Under the pieces are notes generated by a model that worked only from the letters and a program-made list of their open reading frames with translations, ran no database searches and was not told where the DNA came from. From positions 6,791,003 to 6,855,002 of the forward strand of contig NC_057752.1 of NCBI RefSeq assembly GCF_004010195.1: DNA of 64,000 nt, given 5' to 3'. Below are positions 11,701 to 26,095 of the stretch, piece by piece. The translations under genes were made by a program, and so were the position numbers. Origin of the DNA: Chiloscyllium plagiosum (taxonomy: Eukaryota). The stretch's first letter is position 1. Every line of letters starts with the position of its first letter.

Positions 11701-14700
11701 TTAAGATGAGAAGTTGCTTTCAACCATAACAAGGAAATCCTAAGCAATGGTGGTGGATCATTGTTCATTGTAGGAGATTTGTGCTAAAGACTTCAAGTTT
11801 ATCTGTCCAACATGCTTTTTGCGCCTTTTTTAACGCTTGCACATGTCGCTTAATGGTACCATTTTTGGCAAATTAAGTGCGCTAAGTTTGCAATCCAACT
11901 GCAAAAGGCCACAAAGGTTGAGCATTTGTGAATTGAGAATATCACCCTAGTGCAGTAAAATTGATTAAAGGTTTTGACTCTGGTAATGGAGCTCTGCTTG
12001 TACCTGACCTTAAAAGGCATCTCCTTTCAAAAATAGTTATTCACTGTGGTGTTGAGCAGATCTGCCTGAAGGAAGAAAATCTGCACCAACCAGCATTCCA
12101 GTAAGTTTCTGAATCAGGTAATGTACACTTAGAACCAGATTACATTTTGCTTTTATTTGCTATTAATAAGGGGTCTTCATGGCAACATTTGGTCAGCCAT
12201 TAAAATGGCACCCATTGTCTGATCACAAACTATGTCAAGGAAACTTGCTTTCAAGTTTAAATCTCAGTTCACCTGTTTTAATCTTGAGGCACTTTCAAAA
12301 TAATTAGAAATAAATAGCCTTCCATCCCTTTAATTTATGGGGAAAGCATTGTAGGTTGTTTTTATATTTGTCATCTTTAAACATATTATTCAGTGCCAGG
12401 TGGGGATTGACTTAGAATCACAAACTGTTCTGTCTGGAGCCAATGAGCAGATATGATGCTATTCTCCTTAAAGGGAGTTGCTTTTTTTTCAAAAACATCG
12501 ATTCTGGAATAGTGCCTTGCAGGTTTAAACTGCAGCACCATTTCATTTTTTTTGCTGTGTTGAAAACATTCAAAGCTGCGCAAAATATTTTGAATAATAT
12601 AGTCCCCTAATCAAATTAGTGATAAATTTTGGGTGCAGTGTAGTCCATTATGAATTCATCTTCAGTAGGGAAAATAACTTCATCTTTTTGACCTTATGAC
12701 ATTCTAGCAGTTTGCTTGCTACCATCTAAATAAATTCTAGCTATCTTACTTTGTGCTGTAAACAGAGTACATGCCAAGGAATCTCAAGATGCAAATCACC
12801 ACCACATTCTCTAACCCACAGAAATGGGGGGGAAGAAAATCTTGATTGGTTTTATTATTTTGGGAAATTCTAGGTAGAGGATTTATTGAATTAGTGCATA
12901 TGACTTGATGTGTGACTTGAATGTTGCTATGCCCATAATGGTAGTGGGGTTATTGTGACCTGTCCTAATGCTTGCATGGACTTTCTGAGCCACTTTGCAA
13001 GAATATGAATGGAGATCATTCGTAATGCAACCCCATTATGTTTTTTTTTTGTGGAAGTAAACAAGATTATATGAGACTATCAAAAACATACAGAAAACGA
13101 AATGTTCTCTGCAGTGACTTGAGATTTTCTTTGGCTGAAACTTTGGAAAATATAAAGCTACCAGCTCAGCAACTTTGGGTTTGGGCATTAATTGGGTTGA
13201 TGATTTGATGATAGACTTAAGTCTGCACTGGTAAAACTTTCAATAGAATCAAATGTGCCAATGCGTTTTGCACAGGTGGATTTCCACAGCATGTCTTTGC
13301 TAAATTTTCATTACATATGTTTTTAACATTTCTTGAAGGAGCTCCTCCATATATTGATATTTTGATTCCCACCAGCTACGTGCAAGTTTAATTTTTCTGC
13401 AAATTCATGTGGTTTTGTGCTGTTGGTTTCCTCAGTTATCAGTCCACTAGTTAATCATTGTAATTTTAAGACTATTCTAGTTTGAGCAATTGTCCTAAAG
13501 TTATGAATATTATAATTTTAAAGTACCAGGGAGTAGTATCTCTGTCACCCATTCAAATACTGGTTGATGAGAAGTTAACTCTGATGAAGTCTGGACTAAA
13601 AGTTTCAGGTGGCTAAAAGAATTTAACATTGGTGTTCCTCAATTGTTAAAGTCCTTCATAAATAATTTGAGAACATTTGAGATAATCCATTGTGGTTGTA
13701 AAGTTCTTTCCTTGGATGATTTTTTGAGAACTGCTATCAATTTGTTCATTATCCCTCCCCTTTCCCTTGAAAAAGCTCATAGATATGCTGTGACCTCTGT
13801 ATTGTACAGTAATAGGTACTAGTGAGTGAATTGCAAAACAATAACAAGTATTCAGATAACAGCATATGCTACCAGAATGAAGCCTGAATTGTTTATCATT
13901 GTTTTCTGAACTCAGCAGAGTTATTGCTTTTGATTCCCTCTTCTGTATTAAAGTTGCTGTATTATATGTAGTGTTTGTCATTCCTTCATGTTTTTTGTGA
14001 TTTTTGCTTTTACTCTGATCTTTCAAATGTGGAAATTTTGAAGTGGCAAAAGTCTTTAATGGCAATGTGGAAATAAATGTAAAACATGACAGGTCTTGAG
14101 ATATTTTGGTATCTGATTGCTGGAAGGTAGTGCACCCAATATATATTCCACATTAGAGAACTCGAGTTTACTTTCCGACCTTCCCCTGTGCACATCTATG
14201 TACAATTTCCAAAGAGCATTATACAATACGCTGAGCAAGGCACCAAAAAATAAAGTTTAATTCGAAAATCCTCAGGTATTAAAGTCCCTTATCCTGTGGT
14301 GGTTTTGAGGTTATTAAATTGCTGTTGGAACAAACCATGGCATTGTCAATAATGACGTTATTGATTTATCTTAAACCCCTCAATACACAGCTTATATGGT
14401 CAATTTTCTATTAACACTTCTCAACCAAACTCTTCACATGCATCCTTTTGGGGAGGCACAGTTTAGACTGAAACTATTCTGATGCAAATGCAGTTCTTGT
14501 ACTACTGATCTAGAGAGAGAGTAATATTCCCATGTGAGTTTGTGGAACAGTACCTGACCCTCTGGCACAAAAAAAGTGGGATTGTGTCTTGTAAGGGGAA
14601 GAATTCTGGAGGGAACAAACATTTAAGTTATGAAATTTGTAAATTAAGCCACAGTTCAACTACTTATGTATGGTTATCACAGTTAATATTTTCTCATATT

Positions 14701-17700
14701 CAACAACCACCAAAGCTTACCAGTGATTTTGTAAAATTGTCAGTTCCTCTAGGAAGCAAATGGATTTTACAGCAACAGCAAAATAGTTTTTCTTTGAAAT
14801 GCTTAGAGAGTTTTGCATTTATGCTTTTTGCCTTTTCGTCCAAAAATTGGTATGAGATATTGATTGCTCTTCAGCGCCTTGCTTTGTAAGTGAAGTAACT
14901 TGCTTGTAATCTTGAAGGATCACCCACTTTAAGCACTTCAGGCAAATGTCTACTGATGAGGGGAACTGCTGGAGGATGTTTATATTTATTTTTATTTGAA
15001 TTATGCCCTGTTTTATCTGGAATGAAGGGATGGGAGTGAAACTGGTTTGAAGATATTGCATTGAATCTGAGTTGAATTGCATTAATATGCTATTTATCCT
15101 TTGCCATAGACCTGCACTTAAGTTGGATCAAATTATAGGTCTTAAAGTATGCATTATTGGAGCCAAAGGTCATTCAGCCCATCAAACTTGTTCCACCATT
15201 CAATGTGATCTCAACACCATCCTCCCACTTTATCCCTAGATCCCTTGACATCTTGAGTTTCGAGAAACCTATCTATATCTTTCCTAATTCATGCATTTTT
15301 TTGTGTGAAGAGCCTTAGTTATTTCTAGGGTCAGTAATTAAATTGAGAATTTTTAACCTTAAATTATTTTTCAGGAAAATTAATTTGATCCACTTTGGAA
15401 ATTTGTTTTGGTTTAAAACTGTAAATCCAGAAACGTTTTTTTACGCATGACAATATTAGTTTAAACCAAGAGACCTTTTTAACCTTCCTTCCACACATCT
15501 GCATTCTTCAGTTTTACTTTGCTGGGGTAAAAATGTAAACACTTGGGTACATTTGTTAGGAGGGGTGAGGGAACCCTCTTAAGAATGCTCACTATCACAA
15601 AATCAAGCAGAGAATAATGTTTAAAAGGCACATTGAGGAAAATGCAAGGGAGGAATTGTTTGAGTCTTGTTTGTAAATTTTGCTGTAGTACCTGATAGTT
15701 AATAAGTTAATTGAAATGAGAGCTAAATTGCTGATAATGAAGTTCATAGTTTTTCTTTTACCATAACCTAGTGTTTTCGAACATAATTTAGATGTAGCAG
15801 AAAACTTCAAGCCTGCTTGAAATCAGTGATGAGAGACTGTTTTAATAACAATTTGGCAGCCTACCTTTTTGTTAGTGTCACTTAGTGATGACTCTATTCT
15901 GTATATATAAAATTATATAATATCAACTGTATATTATATAATTTATGTACCTCTTTTTGGTCTGATCTAAATATATTGCACTTACCGTTTACAGGTAACG
16001 GGTGAATTATATTTGGATTGTGACTTTTTAATGACATATATTCTGAGGATTTTTTTGCCTCCTATACTTTTACTTTGATCCAACCAAGGAAAAAACATAT
16101 TATATTAGGTTAAATGCTTTTAAATGCAGTCACTGTGCAGAACAAAAGCAAAAAGGTTTTTCCTTTGTAGTATTCTAAATCTGGAATGAAATTACTCCCT
16201 TTATTAAGCTTCCTGTTTTTCTATCCACTGTAAGTATGTATTCAGTTTATGAATGAGCGCAAAATAAGAATACTGTATTACTGTGATGATTGATTGAGAA
16301 TAAAATGCCCACTCTTATGTGTATGTTTGTTGCAGTAAAGAGATTTAAATAGTCATCACTTTTAATTTTGCTCTCATTCTTGACTGTGAATCATATAACT
16401 TTACAAAACACAACAAAACTGTGGTTCTACCTGTGTTACCTTGGGACACTGGTCTTTGTATGAAATATATAGTTTCGTACAAGAAGTGTTTGATTTCTGA
16501 AGTAATCAAGCTTTTGCAGTCACATAAGCAAAAGCTAACAACTTGAACCTTTTTCAAACAGCTTTCCAAAGCACTTTGTCAATATTTATAGCTGGTGCAG
16601 TGATTAGTGGTTGTTTAGTTGAATTATTTAAGAACTTGATAATCGATCATTTCTGTTGTCAGTTGATTGTTCATTTAATTTGTCATTTTTCACATAAAAC
16701 ACCAAAAACAATTAAATTTTAATACTAAATTTCCTTTCATAATATTCTTCATCTACAATTAATTATGTTTTTAACTATTGACTATTATTTTAAGATAAAT
16801 TACAAATTTTAATTTTACACTAAAAATAATATCTTTGAATAAATCCTAACAGAAACAACTTGTATTTTATATATCTTTAACAAAAGGAATGTTCCAAAAG
16901 ACTTTGTGATTTGGTACAAGGAAAGTTATGTTTGGCAAAGAGAGATGACTGAAAGTCTTATCAAAGAAGTGCATCTTTTGAGTTTTCAACCTTTTCAATA
17001 ATTGAAGTTGCATTGTCCTCAAAAAAAAAAGAGATTTGGATAAAATTTTAGTGCAGCACTTACTTATTTCCAGTGGACAAGTCAAGTACTCAAACAGCTT
17101 AGAGAATCGTCTTGGAAAGTAGCTGCATCTGAGAATATCTGTCTAGTTTAATGTGAGTATTTCAGATCAATAAAATGAGCTACTTTACAATGACTGTGCT
17201 TGATTTGTTTTCTTAAAAAAAAACTCCATAGTTGTGCTGACCCCAGAATAATGTTCAACATATCTTGCAGTTAGGCTGGTACCACATTTTGACTTTTACT
17301 TCTGAGAACTGGACTGAAATCCAAACATGGTCATATTCATTCTTAACCAGCTGCATTGTGCCCTACTTGAACCATGTCTGGGTTGTCTCAGCCCAAATGG
17401 TAATGGGCAAAGGTTTGTAATCTGAAATTGTATTTATAACTGCGCAAATCTCCACAAGTCCACAGGCTGATGTGGAAAATGAAAGTGCTTGCACTGGTGC
17501 AGCTTTGCTCTGGATCTGACTGTTTTAAACCTCACCTGGGAGAGCTCAATTTCACCTAGCCGGTGGACACAATGCAAAATAATTAATTTTCACAAATCTT
17601 GACACACTTTACTTGGAGAGCGCAAAATTATTACCAAACAACTTTCTCAACAAATTGTTTTTGTAATTTGTGAATCTTTAAAATAATTTGCAGCCAGTAG

Positions 17701-20670
17701 TCTCACAAATATCTGCACTTGGCGATTATCTGTTTTACTTGTGAAATATCAACTTCCTTTCACTGCTATCCATCAAAATTACCATCTGCATGATTGCACA
17801 TTATTGGCAATATAATGGATTTTTTTCCAGTTAGTCATTGTGTCACTTTCTGTCAGAACTCATTTGATCTTCTTGATGCATTTGAGACCACTGCAATTAT
17901 ATGTCTGTGTTTCAAATTTAATTCTATCAGCATCAAGCACATGCTGTACTATGAGAGAAGTAGCCTTTCAAAAGGCACATCACACGTTTTGGATGAATTT
18001 GTGTGTCTCCACTGTAACTTTGTGTATTTGTCCAAATATTCTCTTTTGTTACTTTTTAAGTTGTGCATTAAAAAGAACTTCATTCTCGGAAGATGTTTTT
18101 ATCTTGCACTTAAGGACAGTACGTAATATGCTACAGTACAAAAACTAACCTATTCAGGACACAGCTGAGCCGTTTAGCACTAAAATAGCTTGGAAATCTG
18201 ATCTTTAGACTGTTAAAATGTAATCTCACTAGCAACTGTATTTTTCAGCTTTATCTTGGTGTCTGTCAGTTCCTAAAGATTTAAAATTAAGTTTAAATGT
18301 ACCAGCATTTTTTGAGTCTGACTTCCCTCTGCCCAGGCACTGAAGACACGCTAAGTGTGCTACATCTGTCCAACCTCAAGTTTGCTCCAGCGTCATGTTC
18401 CAGGTCATTTAAATGGTCCAGAAGGGCCTGAGCACCAGGAACAGAAAAATTAAAAGCAGTTTTGGGCTTCTCCCATTTGTAGCTGCCTCTGGCCCTGGTA
18501 ATTTTGGCTACTGATGGAGATTAATAATGTAAGAGGGAGAGACTTTAAAAACAAATTACTGGGATCTAGCTTTAGATCTTTGGCTTGCTCCAGAGTCTTC
18601 CAGGATTCAGTGGCAAGCTACATTGGGAGCCATTTTGGGGTGCCCAGCAAACATGACTACCATGAAATAAGGCCAAAGACTGTAAGTGCCCCTTTTCTGA
18701 CATGTTTAAATGGTACTGTCTGGGTTTCTGGGGGTGCAGGCCAGAGGATCCACCCACCAGGACAGCTCTGAAAATACCAAAGCAGTATTTACAACGTGCA
18801 GGCACTGTGACCTGGGGAGCTGCTATTCTTTTCTTACCTGTGTACCAAGAATGCTGGTTTCCTAGCTTCTATGAGAGAAGCCTTTTTGCTCACAAATAAT
18901 CATATTTGTCAAAGTTACCCTGTTTGCCAGTTTCTAATGTTAAAAAATTAAGCATATAATATTTTATATTTTGTTTATGAGCAATCTTACTGCATAGCAA
19001 GATAATAGCAGTTACAACAATCTGCCCATGCCTTGTTTTGGAGTTTCATAGTCCTAACTAGAGGTTGTGAAAATGTTAAACACAGTGTCCTTTAATTATC
19101 TGATTTCAGTGCTAAGTTGAAGGGTTTCCTTGACACACAATCTGTCACCCTCCCAATAAACAGCATCATTGTCACTAAGGTTTTAGTACAGTTGTTGGTT
19201 GCCATGTCAAACTTTGATCCCTAGAAAAACATTTTGAGTTGCAGTACATGAGAATGAAGCACTAGTGCTTACCAGTGTGTCACCATTTCAACTGTTGAGT
19301 GCGTGTTGTGCAACTGGTATAAAAGTGACTTTCATTTCTCTAGTTTGGTTTTTAACCAATAAATTAAGTCTAATGGTAGCAATGGGTGATCCTTTTATAT
19401 TTATCAGCTGAAAAGGATAAGATTGTTATATATGGTTACAGGAAGCTTTTGTTCCTGGGTTGGAGACCCAACAATTGAGGGACAATGTGAAGGTCATCAT
19501 TTTATTGATTATAAAGTGTAAGCTCATTTTTAAACTTCACTTTATCCCCAGGAACTGGTCAGTACTTGAGTACAGTGTACTAGTTCTGTTTTAGGACGCT
19601 TGTCTGGAAGTATATTCGTTTTGAGGTATTGAACTAATCCATTTCAATATATGATGAGATTGTTATTTGCAGCGGGGAGACTGTGAGATATTTATATTAG
19701 TTGTACACTGTTTGTGTAGCCAGAAGTAAAATGTGTAAATGCTGGAACCTAAAATAATGGTATACTTACAGGTCAACCAACATCTGAGAAATGATGGATC
19801 AAACTTTTCTCAGGCGCTGAGAGACCTGTGTATCGTGCCATTTTCTGTTTCTATTTCACTGTGGTGTTTTTATAGACTGCATAATGATATACTTCTCTAA
19901 CCTAAAGAAGTTTCGAGGGAAACTTTTTTTTAAAAAGTTTAAACACTTAGAAGTACAACACATACCTGCTGAAGTGAAGTAGACTGCATGTTTTTGGCTA
20001 TATGGAAAAAATTCCTAAACTTTTGTTTTCTGATTAGGAAAAAGGTAAAAGCCCAGTCCCTCAATTCCTTTGTGTTTTTTTTAAACAAAACATGCACATA
20101 TTCTTATATACCTCATGAAAATGTGAATATGACATTAGCAATGATGAACTGACTATTCTGGATCGACTATCAATTATGAATAATCGCAATCGTTGTACCT
20201 TGCTGATTTGATTTTTGCAAGCAGTTTTTTAACCTGTAGATGTAACATTTTGTTTAGTTTGAAGCCGTTATTAATTGGTTTGAGGACAGTAAAGTGTAAT
20301 CTTAATAAAGATGTGCTGCCTCAAAAAAGCTGACCCATAGCGTGTTTAAAATGCGTGAATATTGTGTTTTTATACAAATGTACGGAATTCCAAGTGCAAT
20401 ACTCCACTGTCTCTTTACAGTAGTTTTCTTGATGGACTTATTCGTATACGTTTGTGTGTAAGTACGATAACAGACCGTTATTGTCTTGACTTTTTTTCTC
20501 CTGTGATCAATATGAATTGCATTATGTTGCTTTTAAAAACTGCTCCAGAGCCTTTGTACATGTATTATATTATAATTATATATATTTGTGTACTGGAGAA
20601 AAACTACTGTAAGTTTTGTACTGTCATGGCTGAAGGTCTACTAAAATAAACTTGAAAAACTCAGGAACCC
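8789..20670 (+). other. IKZF4: Probable very long IKZF4 3' UTR (about 11.9 kb)
   Basis: AT-rich and nearly free of recognisable young repeats, unlike the flanks. It ends in a typical UTR terminus (TGTA-rich tract, AATAAA at 20645, downstream GT/T-rich gtgtttattcttttt), after which SINE remnants resume. Several earlier AATAAA hexamers exist, so the end point is inferred. Confidence 0.55.
20645..20650 (+). terminator. Candidate distal polyadenylation signal of IKZF4
   Basis: AATAAA with upstream TGTA motifs and a GT/T-rich element about 30 nt downstream. Confidence 0.55.
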
Positions 20671-20799
20671 GTTGAAGTGTTTATTCTTTTTAAATTTCAA
20701 CTGTACATAGTGCTCTATGATTGCTCAACTTTGTAATGACATGGCCAGACAAATTATTGGCTACACTATAAATGCAAGGAAGCTTACCATGTCATTTCT

Positions 20800-21300
20800 G
20801 TTTTTCACATGTCAAGACATTCCATGTCACACATTTTGAAGTATAGTTACTGTTGGCATGTAGGCAAATGCGGCAGCCAATATGCGCATAGCAAGGACCA
20901 ACAAAGAGCAATGAGATAAGTTACCTAAGCATGTGTTTTGACAGAAAGAAATTGTATCTATATAGCACTCTCATTTATTATAGCACTTTATTACATCTCT
21001 CAAATGCTCAAAGTATTTCATTTCTAATTAATTACTTTGAAGTACGATCACTTTTTTTATAAGCAAGTGCAGCAAACATTTTGAACACAGTAGGGGCCCA
21101 TAAACAGCAAATAAGATGAAATGGCTATTTAGTTTGTTTCTGATGGTGTCAAGGTAAGAAGGTTGGGCAGGATGCCAGGAAAACTCCCTGCTCTTCCAAT
21201 AATGCTATGGGATTGTTTACATCCACCTGAGAGGGCAAATGGGACCTCAATTCAGCATCTTATCTGAAATATGGCCTTCTTGATGATGTGCTTACATTCT
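20800..21300 (-). mobile_element. Degenerate Deu-domain SINE remnants (AmnSINE/SacSINE-like)
   Basis: tttgaagtatagttactgtt..gtaggcaaatgcggcagccaa..gcgcatagcaag and ctccctgctcttc..atgggat..tacatccacctgagagggca resemble the reverse complement of the Deu core. Confidence 0.6.
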
Positions 21301-23782
21301 GGAATGTCTCTTCAACCTAAATGTTCCATGTTTAAACAAATTGTATGCTTAAATGTATGCTTGCTTCCATTTAACAAGTGTTCTCAACTGAAACTTGTGG
21401 AGTCCTTGTACAAATTAGGAAATTTCATACTGGAAGGAAAGACATGAGCACAATGAAAATGTAAATGTTTGATTCTGTGCCTATTTGTGGTCTTCTGTAA
21501 AGAATTAAACCCAAACTTGCCTCATTTCGGGAGGAGAAATGGGTTGCTAGGTAGCACGAGTATTGACTCAGGGCAAAAGTTAAAATTAAAAACCTCTGCT
21601 AGCTAAATATAGATCTATTAAAAAGTGAGGTTCATTGAACATCAGCCTTGTTTCTGATGAGTGCACAGCACAAAAATTGCCCAGAACCTTTATGCACTCT
21701 GAAATTGTTTAACTTACATGGAAATAGAAAATTTAAACACAATTCTTAAATTTCTTGAAGGGCATTAGGCAGTGTAGAAATAAAACTACATTTTAACATG
21801 TACAATGCCTAACTTTGGACTATTTGTCAAAGGTTAGACAGTTTCTATTTTCACCAATCATGTTCCTCACCTTGATAAGCACAAAATTCACCAGAATGAA
21901 ACTGATAGTTCCCCGCCTCCCCGACCACTCAAATCTTGTTTGTTGCAGGCTGATCTAGGGATCAGATCATATCCACTGAAGGAGATTACATGAGGTCTTA
22001 AAGTCTGCAACTGAAGAAAAATGGAAAAGAATGGATTACCAACCTAATGAGTAAAAAAACCCTATATTAGCAGTCTGGGGTGTCAATGGAGTAGAACGTT
22101 GCTCCCAAGAACGGATTTTGTTTCCAGCCCCAGTGGAATTGAAGTATAACTTCCCTCTGGCAGTAACGGTAATAAATGGGACTGTCAAAATAGGCTTGAA
22201 GGGCCTCCGGCTGTAGCACCAATGTGTTAAGTTAACACAGCGGACACAGATGGGGAAGAGACATTTATTGTGCATCCAACCAATGTGGTGCCTGATTTGG
22301 GAGTGATTGATTTAGGTTTTTAAACTTTTTTTTGATATTAATTATTTCAATTCACTGAAAAGCCTTCACTTTAAGGACATATTGTGTTTCACAGAAAAGT
22401 TGTTTTAAGATAACTTTGCATTGTTAAAAATCACGTCTGTTGAATATTAAAGTTAAAGTAAGGCTTGCATTTATGTAGCACCTTTCATACCCTCTAGTAT
22501 CACTTGTTTTGTAACACAACTAGCATTGAGTCTTGAGGATGTCTCGTTTTTATCGTTCTCTGAAGAAACAGTTGGTGGGGTGGGGCAGTAATTTAAATGT
22601 AACATGTAACATTCAACTTTTCAATGCAAATAAAAAGTCCTGTTACTCGGATAGGTATGTTGTGGCATTGAGCCATACAGACCAGAAGGATCCCAGTTTC
22701 AATCCTCAGGAATAACTGGGTTGGATGGATTCCGTGCTGAAGGGAATTGTGGCTGTTCAAGACTTGCAATCTTCATCTACAAAGAGGTAATGAAGACATC
22801 AAGCTTTAATTTGGAAATGTATAATATTTTTAGTGTATAGGATAAAATGATGCAACTGTTGAGTGTTTTAGTGGTGGGGATTGAAAGGGTTAATTGAAAG
22901 TTCAGATCATCGAGGTTTCAGACAAACTGATTTAAACAGAAACACCAACAATATGAGCGTCTGCAACAGGTGACTGTTGCAGTTGGTTGCTAAGTGCTTT
23001 GAGTCTGTACTGTCCCAAGGTCACCAAACCACAATGTTCAGAAAAGCTTAGATACTTCTCATTGATGTGGTAGCTAATATAAACTTGTCAAACCTAGATA
23101 ACCGTTATGACATTTCTACACTGCCCTAGGACACAGTATGCACTCCTTCCGACTAGAAAAAAAACACCATGAATTACCACAGCAGTCATTATGCAGAGAA
23201 TATTGTCAATTAGGATATGCTCTGTGTTTTTGTACATTTTCCTAACTTATTTGGCAAAAGTTGCTTTTTAGAGACTTTGTGTTCAAAACTGAGAAATACT
23301 TTCATAACCTTGCACTTGAAAACCATGTTCCAGATAGTGAAGTACAGCAATATAGTCAGAGGTTAAGATCTCAATTGATGGTAATTTAACCACCAGGTGT
23401 TGCACAGGGTTATGTAGATCAGAACATGCTGGATTCAGTTCTCTTCGGCTAATCTCAGCCTCAATGGGGCAAAATAATTGCTCCAGTTAAGGGTCAAACA
23501 GCTCAGGAGTTCCTGCTCCTGATCACAATCCACTTACCTCTTCTAGTATTTGTATCTGAATGTGATTGATTGGTGATGTCAAAACCAAGCTCATTTGTCA
23601 TCTTCACTCAAACAACCTGTGGAGATAGAAGATCTAGATACCCATATTTGGGTGCTATGAACATAACTTTTCACAGATGAGTAGAAGGAAAGGAAAAACC
23701 TTGAATGCAAATCATTTAAAGAAAGAAATTCTGATTGCCAACAACTTCCTTATTAGAACTCCATGTTGAAAATATTGAAGTG

Positions 23783-23976
23783 AAACAAAGAATTGTGAAT
23801 GCTGGAGATCTGAAATGAAAACGGAAAATACTGGAGAACCTCAGCAGGTATGGCAGCATCTGGAGAGAAAAACAGTTAACATTTCGAGAAGAGTAATTAG
23901 ACTCAATGTTAACCCTGTTTCTGTCTCCACAGATTCTACCAGAGCTGCTGAGTTTCTCCAGTACCTTGTTTTTGTT
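23783..23976. mobile_element. Short palindromic Penelope-derived element
   Basis: Arm ctggagaacctcagcaggtatggcagcatctggagagaaaaacagttaac is mirrored by gttaaccctgtttctgtctccacagattctaccagagctgctgagtttctccag. Confidence 0.75.
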
Positions 23977-25757
23977 GACAATACTGAAAGTTACTTTTCA
24001 GGTTTGTCAGTGATGTTATATCTATTACTTCTTACAAAGTGTTTACGTATTTCTGGAAAAAGACATTTAATTGTCAAAAGCTTTTCAGCTTTGTCCAACA
24101 GGACAAAGACGTAAGAAATCGGTTTTATTGTTATCTACGATGGTTGGAATTTAGCACTTGAATCATCTTGATTCTGATTTAGTCACAGACTGCTAAAATT
24201 CAAAAAGCTTCCATTTGTACCATTGATGGTTCAACAGAGTAGTTGGCCCAAAAGACCAGGAATAGGTCCCAGATCTACCTTTGATCTTTGCTAAGCAAAA
24301 GCTGGATAATGGGTCAGCCTAATTACAATTGGCCTTGGTTGATGAAAGTTTAAAAGTTAACTGGATTGGTTCCCACTCCTATTTTGTTTGTGATTGTCCC
24401 AGATAGTGATGCTTATTGGAAGAGTTTTTGTATGGACTCCAAGTGTAGACTGAACTGGGTCTAGCTTTTTTTTTCCCCCCGTGGTTAAGTGTCCTGCTCA
24501 CACTTGATGCTCTTAAGTGAACAATGACACCCTTGACGAAACTGACTTCCATCAAGAAGAAAAATATCAACTCTGTTTAGGTCCTCTTTATATTTTAAAT
24601 GTTTCTATTTGGGAGGTGTACATTATTTTCACAGAAAAACAAAGAACTTCTAGCCTATTCCACCCTTCCTTTCTGTCTAAGTATACAATTTTTTTAAATG
24701 ATTAGACTTCATAGTGTTGCTCAGGTAGAACATGGATTGCAGTCTATTGTTTTCCAGGGTCCTGCTTCAACCTGAACATGATAGTTTGCCCATCACTAAA
24801 AAGGCAAACTTATGGAATCGATATTATGATTCAGAGTAAAATTTAACCACCACCTATAAATGAATCAAGAGACAGACATTTTCAGTCTATTTACCCAACA
24901 CAAAATCAAAAATGAAAATTATTTTTCTCTCATCAAAACTGATATTCACATTAGTTGTTTTCCTCTACCTTTTGCAGGTGATTTTATAGTACTCAGGATG
25001 CATGTTACTTAGAGTTAGGTTTGCTTTTTCTAGAAAACTTTTACTTAGAATATTTATGAAAGATTTTATAAAATGCTGAAGTTGTCATTGATATAGTGTG
25101 GTCCTTCAATGAACAGAATCTGAAACAGCGCACCACTGACCATGTATGTGCTTGACTGGTTTTGGCTAGATTGTTTGAGCTCATCATCAAAGTACCTAAT
25201 AAATATACCTTTGTGACCCTGTGCAAACAACTGACACCCTACCAGTAATACAAATAAAAAGTCTCCTTGTCTCAAGGAATTCCAACGGCTTAGAGTTTTT
25301 ATCCTAAACTGTCGTCCAAAAATGTCATTAACTTTGGATTGCTCCAGTCCCTGCCATTCATCTAATTGTTTGTTGATTTTCTGTCTGCTTGTTATGGGAC
25401 AAGGATGGTCATAGTCAATGTTGGCTCTTGTCATTCCACAGGAGCAGGGTGTTCCCATGAAGCATCCCTTGCAAAGAGAATCTGTGACTTCTGAGGTCCA
25501 AGTAAAATTTCCATCTCTAACTGAGCCAGAATTGTGCTCCAGGCTCTAGAGAACATGTTGCAACTAGGTAGAAACACACCATCTGCAGGTGGTTTTGAAG
25601 ACCACATTTTATGGGTAAGTTGGGTGATTTATTTTTCTCAATGTTATGTAATTTTAATAATAGCTGTATACACTAATCTGGCTGAAGAAGGTTGTATGGG
25701 ATGTATGAAAAAGAAGGGATGTATGAAAATAGTTTGAAACTGATTGCTTTGTGGTTT

Positions 25758-26095
25758 TAGGGGAGGTGACAACCTAGTGGTATTATCACTAGACTATTAA
25801 TGCAGAAACCCAGTTAATGTTCTGGAAACACAGGTTCAAATCCTGCAATGATAGCTGGTGGAATTTGAACTCAGTAAAATTCTGGAATTATGAAACCATT
25901 GTCAATCATCAGATAAATCCCATCTGGTTCGCTCATGTCATTTAGGGAAGGAAACTGCCATCCTTACCTGGTCTGGCCTACATATGACTCCAGACCCATA
26001 GGAATGGAGTTGACACTTAACTGCCCTCTGGGCACTGAGATATGGACAGTAAATGCTGTCCTGGCCAGTAATGTCCACATTGCATGAATTAATTT
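25758..26095 (+). mobile_element. tRNA-derived SINE, second family, with L2-like tail
   Basis: Head ctagtggtattatcactagactattaat..ggttcaaatcc, core agggaaggaaactgccatccttacctggtctggcctac, and a tail resembling the LINE 3' end at about 57910. Confidence 0.8.

Noticed and set aside
12289..12295. miR-17-family seed matches GCACTTT (also at 16571)
   Set aside because: One or two 7-mers in 12 kb of AT-rich sequence is about chance level without conservation data.
17240..17410. Possible LF-SINE-like remnant
   Set aside because: Only a short resemblance (gaactggactga); too weak without an alignment.
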